Origin: Candidatus Cloacimonadales bacterium
GTDB lineage: Bacteria; Cloacimonadota; Cloacimonadia; Cloacimonadales; JAFGVF01
Length of the DNA: 64,000 bases
Direction of reading: 5' to 3'
Assembly (NCBI GenBank): GCA_963662585.1
Contig: OY759729.1
Coordinates: forward strand, 2,176,001 to 2,240,000
Shown here: one piece after another, positions 9,793 through 19,953 of the stretch
How positions within the stretch are numbered: the first letter of the stretch is position 1
Layout of the letters: every line of letters starts with the position of its first letter
Notes under the pieces: generated by a model
What the model was told of the DNA's origin: nothing
Database searches by the model: none
What the model saw: the letters and a program-made list of their open reading frames with translations, nothing else
Made by a program: the position numbers and the translations under genes

Positions 9793-12447
9793 TTAATCAT
9801 TAGATTCAGAATCATCTTCCTCTTCATCACTATTTTGTTTAAGGGACTGAATGATATTTAAAATAAACTCTTGTTGTTTCTGGGAGAGATTTCTAAAATC
9901 GTGAAGATTCTGAGCGATTGAGTAACGATCACTTACAAGTGCAGTTACTTCCTCTGTTGAAAGAGATTCATCTGCCCAGGCTTTTGTAAATACAAATAGG
10001 CTATTTTTCTTAGTAATATAGCTATTCCATGCTGATAAGAAATTTTGACAAGTTTCGTCTTGGTAAATTTTATCCCACTGGTTAAAATCGATTCGATTGC
10101 TAAGGGTAAACTGGTGAAACATAATATTACTATATTCTTCTAATAGTTGTTTACTTTCATTAGCTGTGAGTTCTGGCCACTCAATTTCTGGGTACCAGTT
10201 TTCTTTTTCTTCATCGGTTGCATTCGTTCTTTGTATAAAATTATTTAATCTAATTATTGATATATTTGTTTTTTCCCTTGCTTCAGAGATATCTAATTGC
10301 TCCCCATATATTTTTTCAATATTATCTGACATTAATTCAAAGTTAAAATTCTTATTTATATTCATAATTATTTGTTTTCCTAGCGATTCTAATCCTATAT
10401 TTTCGATATGTTCATTGATGCTATGTTCATAAGCTGGTATTTTTTGAACATCATTAGGAGCTAGCTCTGCAATAAGAAATTTCATAAAAAGGATTTCTCT
10501 TATTAATACTTCTGTTTCGTTTCCTATTCCTTCAGCGGGTTTACCATTTGTCCCACCATAATGCAAAAATTCATGATAAATGACTGGTAATACTAGAATA
10601 GGATGCTCAAACAGACGATAATAAAGACCCATAGCATTAGGTTTTGATCTATCATTTAAAAGCAAATATCTCTTATGTACCTCACCAGCTTCTCCTGGTT
10701 GCATACCCCTTTCCCAAATGGGAGGTGAGTAGTTAGTCCAAAGATGAATGTCACACTGTTCTTTTACATATTCCCCAAGCAACAATCTATGCTCTTCTAA
10801 TAGCATTAATCTAAGGGGATATTTATGAAGAAAATCGAAAATACCCGGGATATACTTAATTAAGAGTGTACCAATCCAACGAATATGATTGTATATTTTT
10901 GCTGATACTTGTTCTAGATCATCAGTAATTTTTAGCAGATCTAAAATCCAAGATATTCCATCTTTGATACTCAGTTCAAATTCTAAGAGATTGTTTGTCG
11001 GAATGAAATAAATAAGTCGTTCTTTGAAATCATTTTCAAGGGAATTTTCACTGTACATAGCTTTTAGCATATTTTCATTAATTCTTTCTTTAGATGAATT
11101 TTCTAAGTATGGTGATTTATATATATTGTGCAATCCCCAAGCAGCTCCTTGTCGTAAGATGAAGCTATTTTTGATGTTTCTTAGAGCCTGTAACAAGAGT
11201 GCTCCTGGAGAAAGTTCATGATTAATTTGGTTCTGCATTTTATCTATTTGCATATCAAAAAAGCGAATTTCATTACGCTTAGCAATAATTAGAGTTTCTA
11301 ATTCATATCTGTCTCCTTTACCAGAATCATATTCCTCAGTCAGATTTTTATAATCGGTAACTAGTTTATTTCTTTCATTTATATTAGATTGTAATTTATT
11401 TTCTAATGAATCAATATGCTCTTTTCCTGTATCAAGAGATTTATAGCCAGGGTCAAGTGATGAACAAACTCCCAAGGCAATTGATAATGCATTTATTGCA
11501 GAAGCATGTACAACTGGCAATTTATTTTTTTTCCTTTCCTCGTGATACTCATCTTCAATAATATCTTTAAGACCTATCCAACTTTCTTTTAGATTTTTAA
11601 CCCATTTATAAGAAGGATTTAGGCGAAGAATATTCGCAGAGCGAACTAAACCAAAAGAGAGTTTAGTATACCCCATTTTTTTTAATGGAGCATGAGGAAT
11701 AGTTGAATGAGAATCTTTTAAATCTACCATTACAAAATCACTTATTGGATGAGGAGTTAAATTTAAAAGGTTTTCCGATATTTGAATTAACATCTCATCT
11801 TCAATAATTCCAGGATATCCAATTGAGAATATATGTAATAATGAAAGTGAATCTTCCTTCTGATTATTATTCCAAAGTAATTTACTAAAAGAATAAGCAT
11901 TCTCAATTCCTAAGTCTTTAAAAATTGCTTCTTTTTTCAGTGAAAGTGTTGATTCTAACTCTAAATATGCAATCACTTTTTTCATGATATTTTCAATTGG
12001 TAATTTCTGTTCAATATAGATTGTTAACCAATCATAAAAAAGAGGACTTTTGATATCAGGGATGATTAATTTTACATTATTTCTTTTAAAGCGATTAATT
12101 AAACTACAGAAAATCTCTTTTTCATTTTTTTCTTGAGCGAAACAAAAAAGAATATCAACATATTTCTGTTTAAGTATATTCCAACCTGGGAATTCATGAT
12201 TAACTAATTCAGCTATAATAGGTGAAGACTTGACAGATTCGGCTATTATTAAACCTAAAGAAATTAACAGACTATGCCATGGAGCATCGTTAATATGTTC
12301 TTTAGCTGTATCATAAAAATACTCATCCTCTGCTGGATGTTCCCTAAGGAAATCAGCAATAATTTCAGGTTGTATTTCATTAATAGCTTCGTGTAAAACC
12401 ATATATCGTCTACCAATCATGCTTAATGTATGAAAAATATTATCCAT
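9793..12447 (-). CDS. Large hypothetical protein with coiled coil and HEXXH zinc-metalloprotease-like motif
   Basis: 884 aa. YHEFLHYG followed by NETEV; RBS GAGAGG. Confidence 0.7.
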   Translation of the reverse strand: MDNIFHTLSMIGRRYMVLHEAINEIQPEIIADFLREHPAEDEYFYDTAKEHINDAPWHSLLISLGLIIAESVKSSPIIAELVNHEFPGWNILKQKYVDILFCFAQEKNEKEIFCSLINRFKRNNVKLIIPDIKSPLFYDWLTIYIEQKLPIENIMKKVIAYLELESTLSLKKEAIFKDLGIENAYSFSKLLWNNNQKEDSLSLLHIFSIGYPGIIEDEMLIQISENLLNLTPHPISDFVMVDLKDSHSTIPHAPLKKMGYTKLSFGLVRSANILRLNPSYKWVKNLKESWIGLKDIIEDEYHEERKKNKLPVVHASAINALSIALGVCSSLDPGYKSLDTGKEHIDSLENKLQSNINERNKLVTDYKNLTEEYDSGKGDRYELETLIIAKRNEIRFFDMQIDKMQNQINHELSPGALLLQALRNIKNSFILRQGAAWGLHNIYKSPYLENSSKERINENMLKAMYSENSLENDFKERLIYFIPTNNLLEFELSIKDGISWILDLLKITDDLEQVSAKIYNHIRWIGTLLIKYIPGIFDFLHKYPLRLMLLEEHRLLLGEYVKEQCDIHLWTNYSPPIWERGMQPGEAGEVHKRYLLLNDRSKPNAMGLYYRLFEHPILVLPVIYHEFLHYGGTNGKPAEGIGNETEVLIREILFMKFLIAELAPNDVQKIPAYEHSINEHIENIGLESLGKQIIMNINKNFNFELMSDNIEKIYGEQLDISEAREKTNISIIRLNNFIQRTNATDEEKENWYPEIEWPELTANESKQLLEEYSNIMFHQFTLSNRIDFNQWDKIYQDETCQNFLSAWNSYITKKNSLFVFTKAWADESLSTEEVTALVSDRYSIAQNLHDFRNLSQKQQEFILNIIQSLKQNSDEEEDDSESND

Positions 12448-13363
12448 AATTTACCTCTCTTTAAGATTAGACATACAATATGAAGAGCAAGAAAAAAGTT
12501 TATTAATGCCTAATTCTTGATGTTAGTTGTTTAGGGTTTATTGATTGTTCTTATGAAGTCTTAATCTGTGCAATTCCTTTGTCAATGGTTTTGAAGTGAT
12601 ATTTTTAAAATTGTGTGTTCAAATATCTAAAGCAATAACTCTCCTACCAGTACGAGGTTGTTGATACTAGATATAGCTTCGCCCTATGACTTACAGTAAA
12701 CTACTTAAGCATTAGTATATATTTAGAGATTTGTTAATAACCTTGATAACTTCCTAAAGTTATTCATATCTAATAAATAATCTACAATAAGAAATTTGGA
12801 TAGTCAAGTAATTTAGAATATTTGTCTCATTAGCATTGTTAACTTATTGTTATTCAGGAATATAAGAAACACTAAAAGTTCCCTGATTTTACTGAATTTA
12901 TGATATAAAAGGTTATTCCTTAAGACAAAATATGTAATAAAACATTACTTTATGATTCTAAGATGCTTATATTAATACTGAAAATAAAACATTTAATTTA
13001 GTGAAATATTATAGTTAATGTACTAAAAATATTTACAAAAATCTATGGAATATCGATATCGTGGAATTAAATGCATATTTAAAAATTGAAAATTCTAAAA
13101 ATATAAACTAAAATTTTGTTAATGATATACTTAACTGTTAAAAATAAGTGTAGATGAAAAACAACAACTCTGAAATGATTAAATTTTTATAAGTTCTTTA
13201 AACATAGTTATTTAAACTGTAAAAAAGTCACAACTATGATGTTGACTTAGCATAAATTGATTAATTGCTTTGGCAATTTTGCATAGATGTTACTAAGCTA
13301 GAAGAATCAGAACTCATTATTAAAGTCTCTACAATTAATCTTGGTAGAAAAAAGAGCCAAGAA

Positions 13364-13391
13364 AAGCGACCTCCTAATGAAGAAGTCGCTT
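13364..13391 (-). terminator. Intrinsic terminator after the gcvT-like gene
   Basis: AAGCGAC...GTCGCTT stem next to an A tract (U tract on the minus strand). Confidence 0.6.
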
Positions 13392-13411
13392 TATCAATTA
13401 CTAAGAGGGAA

Positions 13412-14800
13412 TTATAAATTCTCTATTTTCTTTAAAGGTCTTGGAGCAGTACCAGGAGTTACACCATCAGCTGAAATATAACCTATAACAGCTTTTCCTT
13501 TAGGGTTACCATCTTTATCGGTCTTAAAGAATTCAACTGGAATTCTTACAGCTTTTCCGTCTTTTTCTAAGATGTCATTTCCTTCAGCATCAACTTCAAA
13601 AGGATTAATGTCTAACCAGCATAAGCCGATTGCTGCCACACCATCTTGACCATTAACTGATCCTCTTTTAGAAGCAATAAACTCACGCTTTTCTTGGCTT
13701 ACATTTGGAGAGTTAATACTTGAAGTACAAAGACCAATCTTTTTGCCATCAAGATATACATCTCTATCTACTACAATACCTTCAGAGATAACTAAAACCA
13801 TCTTTCTGGTGCATCCTTCTTCAATAACTTTCATGATTGCATCTTTACCAACGAAATCTTTAGTTAAGTCAAAAGCAGCATTGAAAAGAGGTGCATTAAC
13901 TGGAGACCATTCAGGTTTGTATTCTTGGCCCATGAGTGGAAGTCCTACATTGCCTGCAGAAAGTCTATTTTCATCTCTTCCGCCTAAACCAACTAACAAT
14001 CCACCTAAATCTACAGCTTTTTCTATAATGCGCTTGTATTGTTCTACAGCAACTGTAGCAGGAACATATAATTCCCAACCCCATCTATTTGTGTAACCTG
14101 TTCTACTAATATAATAATGTTGGCCTTCATAATCAAATTCATTAAAAGTGAAGAAGCCCATGTTCTTTTCAGGATTATTTCTGTTTCTTAATACTTCTTT
14201 ACCATATAATTCACTGATAAGCTTGTAAGAGTAAGGTCCTTGAACATCTATCTTAGCTAAATCAGCAGAAATATCTTCAACCACCACATCTTCATCAGCC
14301 TTTTTATATTTAAGAATTCTATCTGCATCTGAGATTACTTGGACTTCATGACCATGATCCATACCTGTTCCTGTTAAATCATGACCAGCATTAATAACTA
14401 AAATGAATTCTTCTTCAGTAACTCTCATAATAATTAGGTCATCTTGAACCCCACCTTCTTCATTCAGGAGAAGAGTGTATTTACACTGTCCAATCTTCAT
14501 TGAGGCAACATTAGCTGGAAGTGTTCTGTCTAATAAAGTAACAGAATCTTTACCTGTGAATCTAATTTGTGCCATGTGATCAATATTATATACTGCAACT
14601 TTTTCTACAGCTTGAGCTTCTTCAATAACTGATGTTAAGTAATTAACAGCCATATCATACTGACCAAAATTACTTTTCTTCATTGATGTCATTTCTCTAT
14701 TTAATTTTTTAGCAAGAAAGGGCATGTACCATTGTTCTTCAACATCGCTAAGTATAGTTTTACGAGGTTGAGCAGGGAAATCAAAACCAATTTTACTCAT
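13412..14800 (-). CDS. gcvT: Aminomethyltransferase (glycine cleavage T protein family)
   Basis: HMAQIRFTG, KYTLLLNEEGGVQDDLII, VINAG, DVQGP, SRTGYT...WELY. Confidence 0.8.
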   Translation of the reverse strand: MSKIGFDFPAQPRKTILSDVEEQWYMPFLAKKLNREMTSMKKSNFGQYDMAVNYLTSVIEEAQAVEKVAVYNIDHMAQIRFTGKDSVTLLDRTLPANVASMKIGQCKYTLLLNEEGGVQDDLIIMRVTEEEFILVINAGHDLTGTGMDHGHEVQVISDADRILKYKKADEDVVVEDISADLAKIDVQGPYSYKLISELYGKEVLRNRNNPEKNMGFFTFNEFDYEGQHYYISRTGYTNRWGWELYVPATVAVEQYKRIIEKAVDLGGLLVGLGGRDENRLSAGNVGLPLMGQEYKPEWSPVNAPLFNAAFDLTKDFVGKDAIMKVIEEGCTRKMVLVISEGIVVDRDVYLDGKKIGLCTSSINSPNVSQEKREFIASKRGSVNGQDGVAAIGLCWLDINPFEVDAEGNDILEKDGKAVRIPVEFFKTDKDGNPKGKAVIGYISADGVTPGTAPRPLKKIENL

Positions 14801-14980
14801 GTGTATATCCTCTAATATTATTTTTAGTTATTAGAATTTTTTATATATATTTTGTAAAGAAAAATTTGTTGCAGGAGTAAAATTAGTAGTTTCTTAAATC
14901 GAAATAAAAGTAATTATCGATTGGTAGGGGAAAACATCTTTAACATTTTAGGTATTTCTAATAAATAAAGCAAACAAGTA

Positions 14981-15005
14981 AAAAGCCCCACTTTAGTAGG
15001 GCTTT
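14981..15005 (-). terminator. Putative terminator hairpin
   Basis: AAAAGCCC...GGGCTTT downstream of the aminopeptidase. Confidence 0.5.
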
Positions 15006-15096
15006 AATTTATTTACAGTTTAGTTCTTAATAATTTGGACTGTTTCTTTTTTAGTAATTATCTATTTCTACAAAGAAAGAGTTAATTCCAAAGAAA

Positions 15097-15302
15097 TACC
15101 CCGTCAGCATAGCTGCCACCCCTCTTTTAGCGTGCCTTCAGCACTAAAGCGGGGAGTTAAGAGCTTTTGTTCTTTAGCTTTTTCTCCCTTAAAACTCTGT
15201 GTTAAGGGTCTTTTCTTTATTGAATCACCTTCTGCGTTCCCCTTGTTGAAAGGAAATTTAAGAGAATGGCGGAGAGAATTTCCACCGTCCGACAGAAGAG
15301 GT
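15097..15302 (-). repeat. REP-like mosaic (CCCCTCT/AGAGGGG module, CACAGAG module, TCCGACAGAAGAGG module)
   Basis: 15097-15162 is the reverse complement of the module at 50440-50507 and 62663-62732. GCGGAGAGAATTTCCACCGTCCGACAGAAGAGG matches ~50304-50337 and the reverse complement of 36660-36693. Confidence 0.8.
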
Positions 15303-15324
15303 TTTAATTCTGCTGCTAGAGTTA

Positions 15325-17367
15325 TTAAACCCCAAACTCTTCTAAAGGTTGGTTCAACTCTTCAGTTCCAGGAACAGCGAATCTACCGTCTCTGATAATA
15401 TCAATTTCTTTTCCGTCAGCAGTAATAGCTACGATGAAGTCTAAGTCTTCATAAGGTAGAGTAATATCAGTGTGGCAATTAGTATAAGCTTCTTGGATAT
15501 TAGTTTTTCTTTTAGCTGAGTGAGTGTTTTCACGAGCAGTAATCTCTTTTCCATCAATTGGATTAAAGACAGCGAAATCTTCTTCCCATGAGAAGCAGGT
15601 ATCACCGATAGCGAAGTGAGGTCCCATTTTTTCTACTATAAGAATTGGAAGTAAGTTTAGAATATCGAACTTCTTAGCCATTACATAAGCAGGAGTGTTA
15701 GTTCCGATAGCAAATTCACCAAGTGGAAGTGTCTTATGAGGGAAGAGTAAATCTTCTTGAATAAGCTTTTTATTCTCTTCCTCATTTTCCATATTAGCAC
15801 AGGTATATTCTTCCACATAACCATCTTTAAAGTGTAATTCTAACTCTTTAAAAGTGATATTATTAAGGAAAGACTCTTTAACATGAAGAATACCGTTAGT
15901 TCCTTCAAGCATAGGAGAGGTAAATACTTCACCTACTGGGATATTTACATCTGCACCACAGTTCACGAAGTTAGTTTGCTTAGTAGGATCTTCCAACTTT
16001 TGCATTTTAACTTTGATATCAGTCTTGTTGCCATTCTTACCTTTAACATGTACGAATACAGCTTGGTCCATGACATCAACTAATTTCTGTTGAACTTCTT
16101 CCCAGTGTAAAGTATCAATCATATTGATTTCAGATGTTGCTTCGAATATCTCTTCAAATTTTGGTCCAATTTCTGGAACAGGGAAGCCGATAATACAGAA
16201 ACTTGTTTCTGTGCGTGGCATATATTTCTGAGAAGTCTTGCTACGCTCAATATTGAGTTGTTGTGATAGTTGTTGCTGTTCTTCTGAAAGTTTTAAATTC
16301 TCTGCTTTGGCTTGAGGACTAAATGGCTTCTCGCCGAAAGCATCAAAAGCGACAACACCAGCATACTTGGTTAAGACATCTGAGCAATTTTCCGAAACAG
16401 TCACTTGATCAGCAATAAGTTGGTCAGTATATTCTTTATCAAGAACCATTGCTGAATCAAATCTGTGGTCATAACCGTATTGCTTATTTGCAGTAGTTGA
16501 TGTAGCTCTTGAGAAGAGAGGCTTGATATTGTATTTTTCTAATTCTCTCACTAATTCTCTAACAATCCTTTCTTGACCAAGATTATAGACAATTAGAGTA
16601 GTTTCTTTCTTACTCAAATCTTTTTTTGCTAGTTCAAAGCCACGAATATAAGCCTTAGTAAGCTCAGAAACTAACTTTTCTAACTTTTCTTCAGGATAAT
16701 TATTTAAGAATTTAGCAGTTTTTACTTCATTATAAGTGATGTATTTACCATATTGATATAGATAACGGATATCGCTTAAGTCAGCTTCCATAACGATTTT
16801 GCCAAAGCCATAATTATCTGGATCAAAAGTTGATCTAGTATTTAACTCTTTTTCTTCTAAAGATAAATTTGTAACATGGGCTTTATAAATAGCAAAGATA
16901 GAATCATAATCTTTCTTCTCTGCTTTCATTGAAGCTACGATGTCTAAGAATAGTTGATTCTTTTTAGCTAAGTCATTAATCTCAAAATTTACCACATGAG
17001 AAAAATAAGCTCTATATTCAATGTAAATTGCAGAGATTAGTTGTCCAATTTTATCACCATATTGAGCAACAGCATAAGCTGGATTTGCAAAAGAGGTATC
17101 GTAGTTTTCAGCTAAGATTTCACTATAAATTGACTGGTTAAAGCTTTCTAATTCTTTGATATCGTGATGTTTGAAATAGTTGTCATTATATTCTTCTTTG
17201 AATTGGTCAGCTAAAAGAATTTTTTCTGCTATTGATGCTAAGACAGGTTTGAAAGTGCCTTCACAAGCTTCAATCTCTTTTTGTAGTTCTTTAATTTCAT
17301 GAATTGTTTCATTATACTTAGGAATGGCTTTTTCATTAACACTCTTTTTTAAATTTAGAAAATTCAT
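15325..17367 (-). CDS. Aminopeptidase, M29 (AmpS/AmpT-like) family, long form
   Basis: NIPVGEVFTSP, LGEFAIG, EKMGPHFAIG, HTDI. Start placed at MNFLNL after RBS AAAGGAG. Confidence 0.85.
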   Translation of the reverse strand: MNFLNLKKSVNEKAIPKYNETIHEIKELQKEIEACEGTFKPVLASIAEKILLADQFKEEYNDNYFKHHDIKELESFNQSIYSEILAENYDTSFANPAYAVAQYGDKIGQLISAIYIEYRAYFSHVVNFEINDLAKKNQLFLDIVASMKAEKKDYDSIFAIYKAHVTNLSLEEKELNTRSTFDPDNYGFGKIVMEADLSDIRYLYQYGKYITYNEVKTAKFLNNYPEEKLEKLVSELTKAYIRGFELAKKDLSKKETTLIVYNLGQERIVRELVRELEKYNIKPLFSRATSTTANKQYGYDHRFDSAMVLDKEYTDQLIADQVTVSENCSDVLTKYAGVVAFDAFGEKPFSPQAKAENLKLSEEQQQLSQQLNIERSKTSQKYMPRTETSFCIIGFPVPEIGPKFEEIFEATSEINMIDTLHWEEVQQKLVDVMDQAVFVHVKGKNGNKTDIKVKMQKLEDPTKQTNFVNCGADVNIPVGEVFTSPMLEGTNGILHVKESFLNNITFKELELHFKDGYVEEYTCANMENEEENKKLIQEDLLFPHKTLPLGEFAIGTNTPAYVMAKKFDILNLLPILIVEKMGPHFAIGDTCFSWEEDFAVFNPIDGKEITARENTHSAKRKTNIQEAYTNCHTDITLPYEDLDFIVAITADGKEIDIIRDGRFAVPGTEELNQPLEEFGV

Positions 17368-17407
17368 TGCATCTCCTTTGTCGCATTGTTGATTTCTATT
17401 AGTTTGT

Positions 17408-17917
17408 TTATTCATTATTCATTAAATTATCATTAATCATATTTATTAATTTACTAATTATCTTATCTTCTTCAATATCGTCAATAGAAAAATTTGCTAT
17501 TTCTCTATAAAATTCTTCTCTCTCCTGGAAAATATTATACAATTGAGCTTTACTGTTCTTCTTTACTAAGGGCCGATTACTGTTTTTAATTCTCTCATAA
17601 AGAATTTCCCAAGGAGGATTTAGCCAAATTACTGGATAGTCTTTTAAATAGTCACGATTAAGGGCTGAAAGAATAACCCCACCTCCGGTAGAAATTACCC
17701 CGGAAGGTGGGGAAGAAAGGAGGATATCTCGTTCTAATGAACGAAACTGGTTTTCACCATAAGTCCTAAAAATATCTCTAATGGATAACATACATCTTTT
17801 TTCAAGAAGGTAATCTAGATCATAATGCTGGATTCCCAAAGCATCAGCCAATGAACGACCAATATGACTCTTGCCTGAACCCATAAATCCAATAATAAAT
17901 ATTTTTTTCATACTCAT
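17408..17917 (-). CDS. aroK: Shikimate kinase
   Basis: GFMGSGKS, DLD, GENQFRSLE, ISTGGG, RPL. Confidence 0.92.
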   Translation of the reverse strand: MSMKKIFIIGFMGSGKSHIGRSLADALGIQHYDLDYLLEKRCMLSIRDIFRTYGENQFRSLERDILLSSPPSGVISTGGGVILSALNRDYLKDYPVIWLNPPWEILYERIKNSNRPLVKKNSKAQLYNIFQEREEFYREIANFSIDDIEEDKIISKLINMINDNLMNNE

Positions 17918-18128
17918 GAATTGACAAAATATTATTCTCAGAATTATGTCAAGAAAAAATTGACCTAAGGTTTATTTAATTAATTGAAAAGTTAGAAAAA
18001 GATTGGTATATCACTGATATAAATTAATTTAGAATAGTAATATTTATTTATAAGAAAAATAAAATATTTATAAAAGTGGCAGTTTAGTAGATTTTAAATA
18101 TTTTCTCAATAAACTAAATGGAGGATTT

Positions 18129-18653
18129 ATGGTAAAATTCATTTTAATCGCAATTATTTGCTTTTCTAATTTATTATTAAGTGCTGATGAAGTCACAACA
18201 GTAGAAAAAGTTGATTTGCTAAAATACCAAGGGACTTGGTATGAAATAGCTAAACTACCTAATTGGTTTCAGAAGAAGTGTGAAAAGAATGTTACTGCCA
18301 CTTACAAGCTTAAAGAAGATGGGAATATCTCTGTAATAAATACTTGCATTGAAAAAGATGGAAAAGTTAACCAGATAGAAGGGATGGCAAAAATTGCAGA
18401 TTCAAAATCAAATGCTAAGTTAGAAGTCAGCTTTGTGCGCTTCTTTTGGAAGAATTGGTTCTATGGAAACTACTGGATAATAGGACTAGCTGATGATTAT
18501 AGCTGGGCTATCGTTGGAGAAGGAAGTAGGAAATATGCTTGGATCTTAGCTCGAGAAAAAATATTAGACCAAGCTACTATGCAAGAAGTATTCTCTATCT
18601 TAGAAGAGAAAGGATATGACCCAAAGGAATTTGAAATGACCTGGCAGGAATAG
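18129..18653 (+). CDS. blc: Lipocalin (Blc family)
   Basis: Signal peptide; YQGTWYEIAKLPNWFQ, YWII, AWILAR. Confidence 0.9.
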   Translation: MVKFILIAIICFSNLLLSADEVTTVEKVDLLKYQGTWYEIAKLPNWFQKKCEKNVTATYKLKEDGNISVINTCIEKDGKVNQIEGMAKIADSKSNAKLEVSFVRFFWKNWFYGNYWIIGLADDYSWAIVGEGSRKYAWILAREKILDQATMQEVFSILEEKGYDPKEFEMTWQE

Positions 18654-18671
18654 CTAAAAAAAGACAAAATG

Positions 18672-19330
18672 CCTTTCACACGAATTAACGCGAATTAAAA
18701 TGAATTTTCACTAATCTAGTGGCGAATTGCCATAGGCCTTCTTGAAAAGTCCCTTGACACAGAGTAAAGATGAGGTTTAAGAAGTTTTCACAGAGCTTTT
18801 AAGAAAAGATTTAAGAATGTGACCAGACCTCTTTTGTCGGAAGGTGGACAGCTTGTCCGCCTCTTTGCAAAACAATGATAATCCCAGCGGGATGCCATAT
18901 AATAGGGAGTGTTCGCAAGACACTCCAAGAAATCCCCCCGAATGAAAGTCCTTGGCTGTGTTGTAGATGGCATTTTAAATTGGTACACAAATGGCAGTTT
19001 AATCTGGTACATCTTCAACACCCCGCCTGCTGTGCAGGCACCCCTCTTCTCCAGAGGGGACTTAAATACCTCGTGAATCGAGAGATTTTCAACACCCTCA
19101 GCTAGCTCTGCCACACCTCCGCAAGTGGAGAATAAAGAAAGGAGTTTAAGAGTGTGATAATCCCTCTACTGTTGAACGGTGGACATATTGTCCGCTGTGA
19201 ATTGGTAAGTTAAAACGAATTTTCATGAATTGATACCTTTTTAATCCCAGCGGGATGCCATATAATAGGGAGTGTTCGGAAGACACTCCAAGAGATTCCC
19301 CCGAAAGTCATTGGCTGTGTCAGCGGACAA
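18672..19330. repeat. Intergenic REP-like mosaic including an ~80-bp direct repeat
   Basis: TAATCCCAGCGGGATGCCATATAATAGGGAGTGTTCG.AAGACACTCCAAGA...TTGGCTGTGT at 18879 and 19242. GGTGGACA..TTGTCCGC occurs twice. CCCCTCT modules at ~19019-19062 and ~19093-19130. Confidence 0.8.
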
Positions 19331-19353
19331 GGGATAAGAAAAAGATAACTGCA

Positions 19354-19381
19354 AAAAAAAAGAGACTGTTACCAGTCTCTT
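19354..19381 (-). terminator. Intrinsic terminator
   Basis: A tract followed by AGAGACTG-TTAC-CAGTCTCT, immediately downstream of the 157-aa gene. Confidence 0.7.
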
Positions 19382-19401
19382 AAAATTTATCTTTGAAAAA
19401 A

Positions 19402-19875
19402 TTATTTCATACTTGTTGGAATATTATTTCTGCTAATCTTCCAGATATTATTACTTTTCTTTTTAAGTAATTCCTTGATTTGAGACCAAGTAAGAGCAAC
19501 TCTAAATTGATTACCATCATTATTAGGTATAATATCAGCAAGTTCAACATCTTGATTAAAATCTAATTTATAAACGGTGTAACGAGGAGAGTTATTAGGA
19601 AGAGTTGGGTTTTTGTAGATAGCAAAACTATTGCCAGTAGTATAACCTTTTACTATATGATTATCCTCGTTTTCGGAATTCCCTGAAGTTATTATGTAAG
19701 CATAATTATCATTAGAAAGAGTATTATCTTCCCATTTCAAACTAACATTATTATAACCATCTAAATATTGGGTAGTTACAGTTAAACTTCCTTCGAATGT
19801 TTGATTTTGGCCTGTAGAGGCATTTATAGTTAAAGCAAGCATAAGAGCAATGATCAATAAAAGTGTCTTTTTCAT
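19402..19875 (-). CDS. Small secreted hypothetical protein (possible FN3-like fold)
   Basis: Signal peptide MKKTLLLIIALMLALTINA; RBS GAAGG; TTGACA on the minus strand at 19931-19936. Confidence 0.7.
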   Translation of the reverse strand: MKKTLLLIIALMLALTINASTGQNQTFEGSLTVTTQYLDGYNNVSLKWEDNTLSNDNYAYIITSGNSENEDNHIVKGYTTGNSFAIYKNPTLPNNSPRYTVYKLDFNQDVELADIIPNNDGNQFRVALTWSQIKELLKKKSNNIWKISRNNIPTSMK

Positions 19876-19953
19876 AATATTACCTTCTTTATTATTTTAT
19901 TATACCTAATAATTACAATTTAGAAAATCATGTCAAGAAATATAATTTATTTA

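Noticed and set aside
12448..13360. ncRNA or riboswitch in the long AT-rich intergenic region
   Set aside because: No recognisable conserved motif or stable structure by eye; an Rfam scan would be needed.
15132..19114. Short ORFs at 15132-15395, 18788-19114 and 18875-19105
   Set aside because: They run through GC-rich repeat mosaics that lack stops by chance; the same applies to 52332-52523 and 61975-62289.
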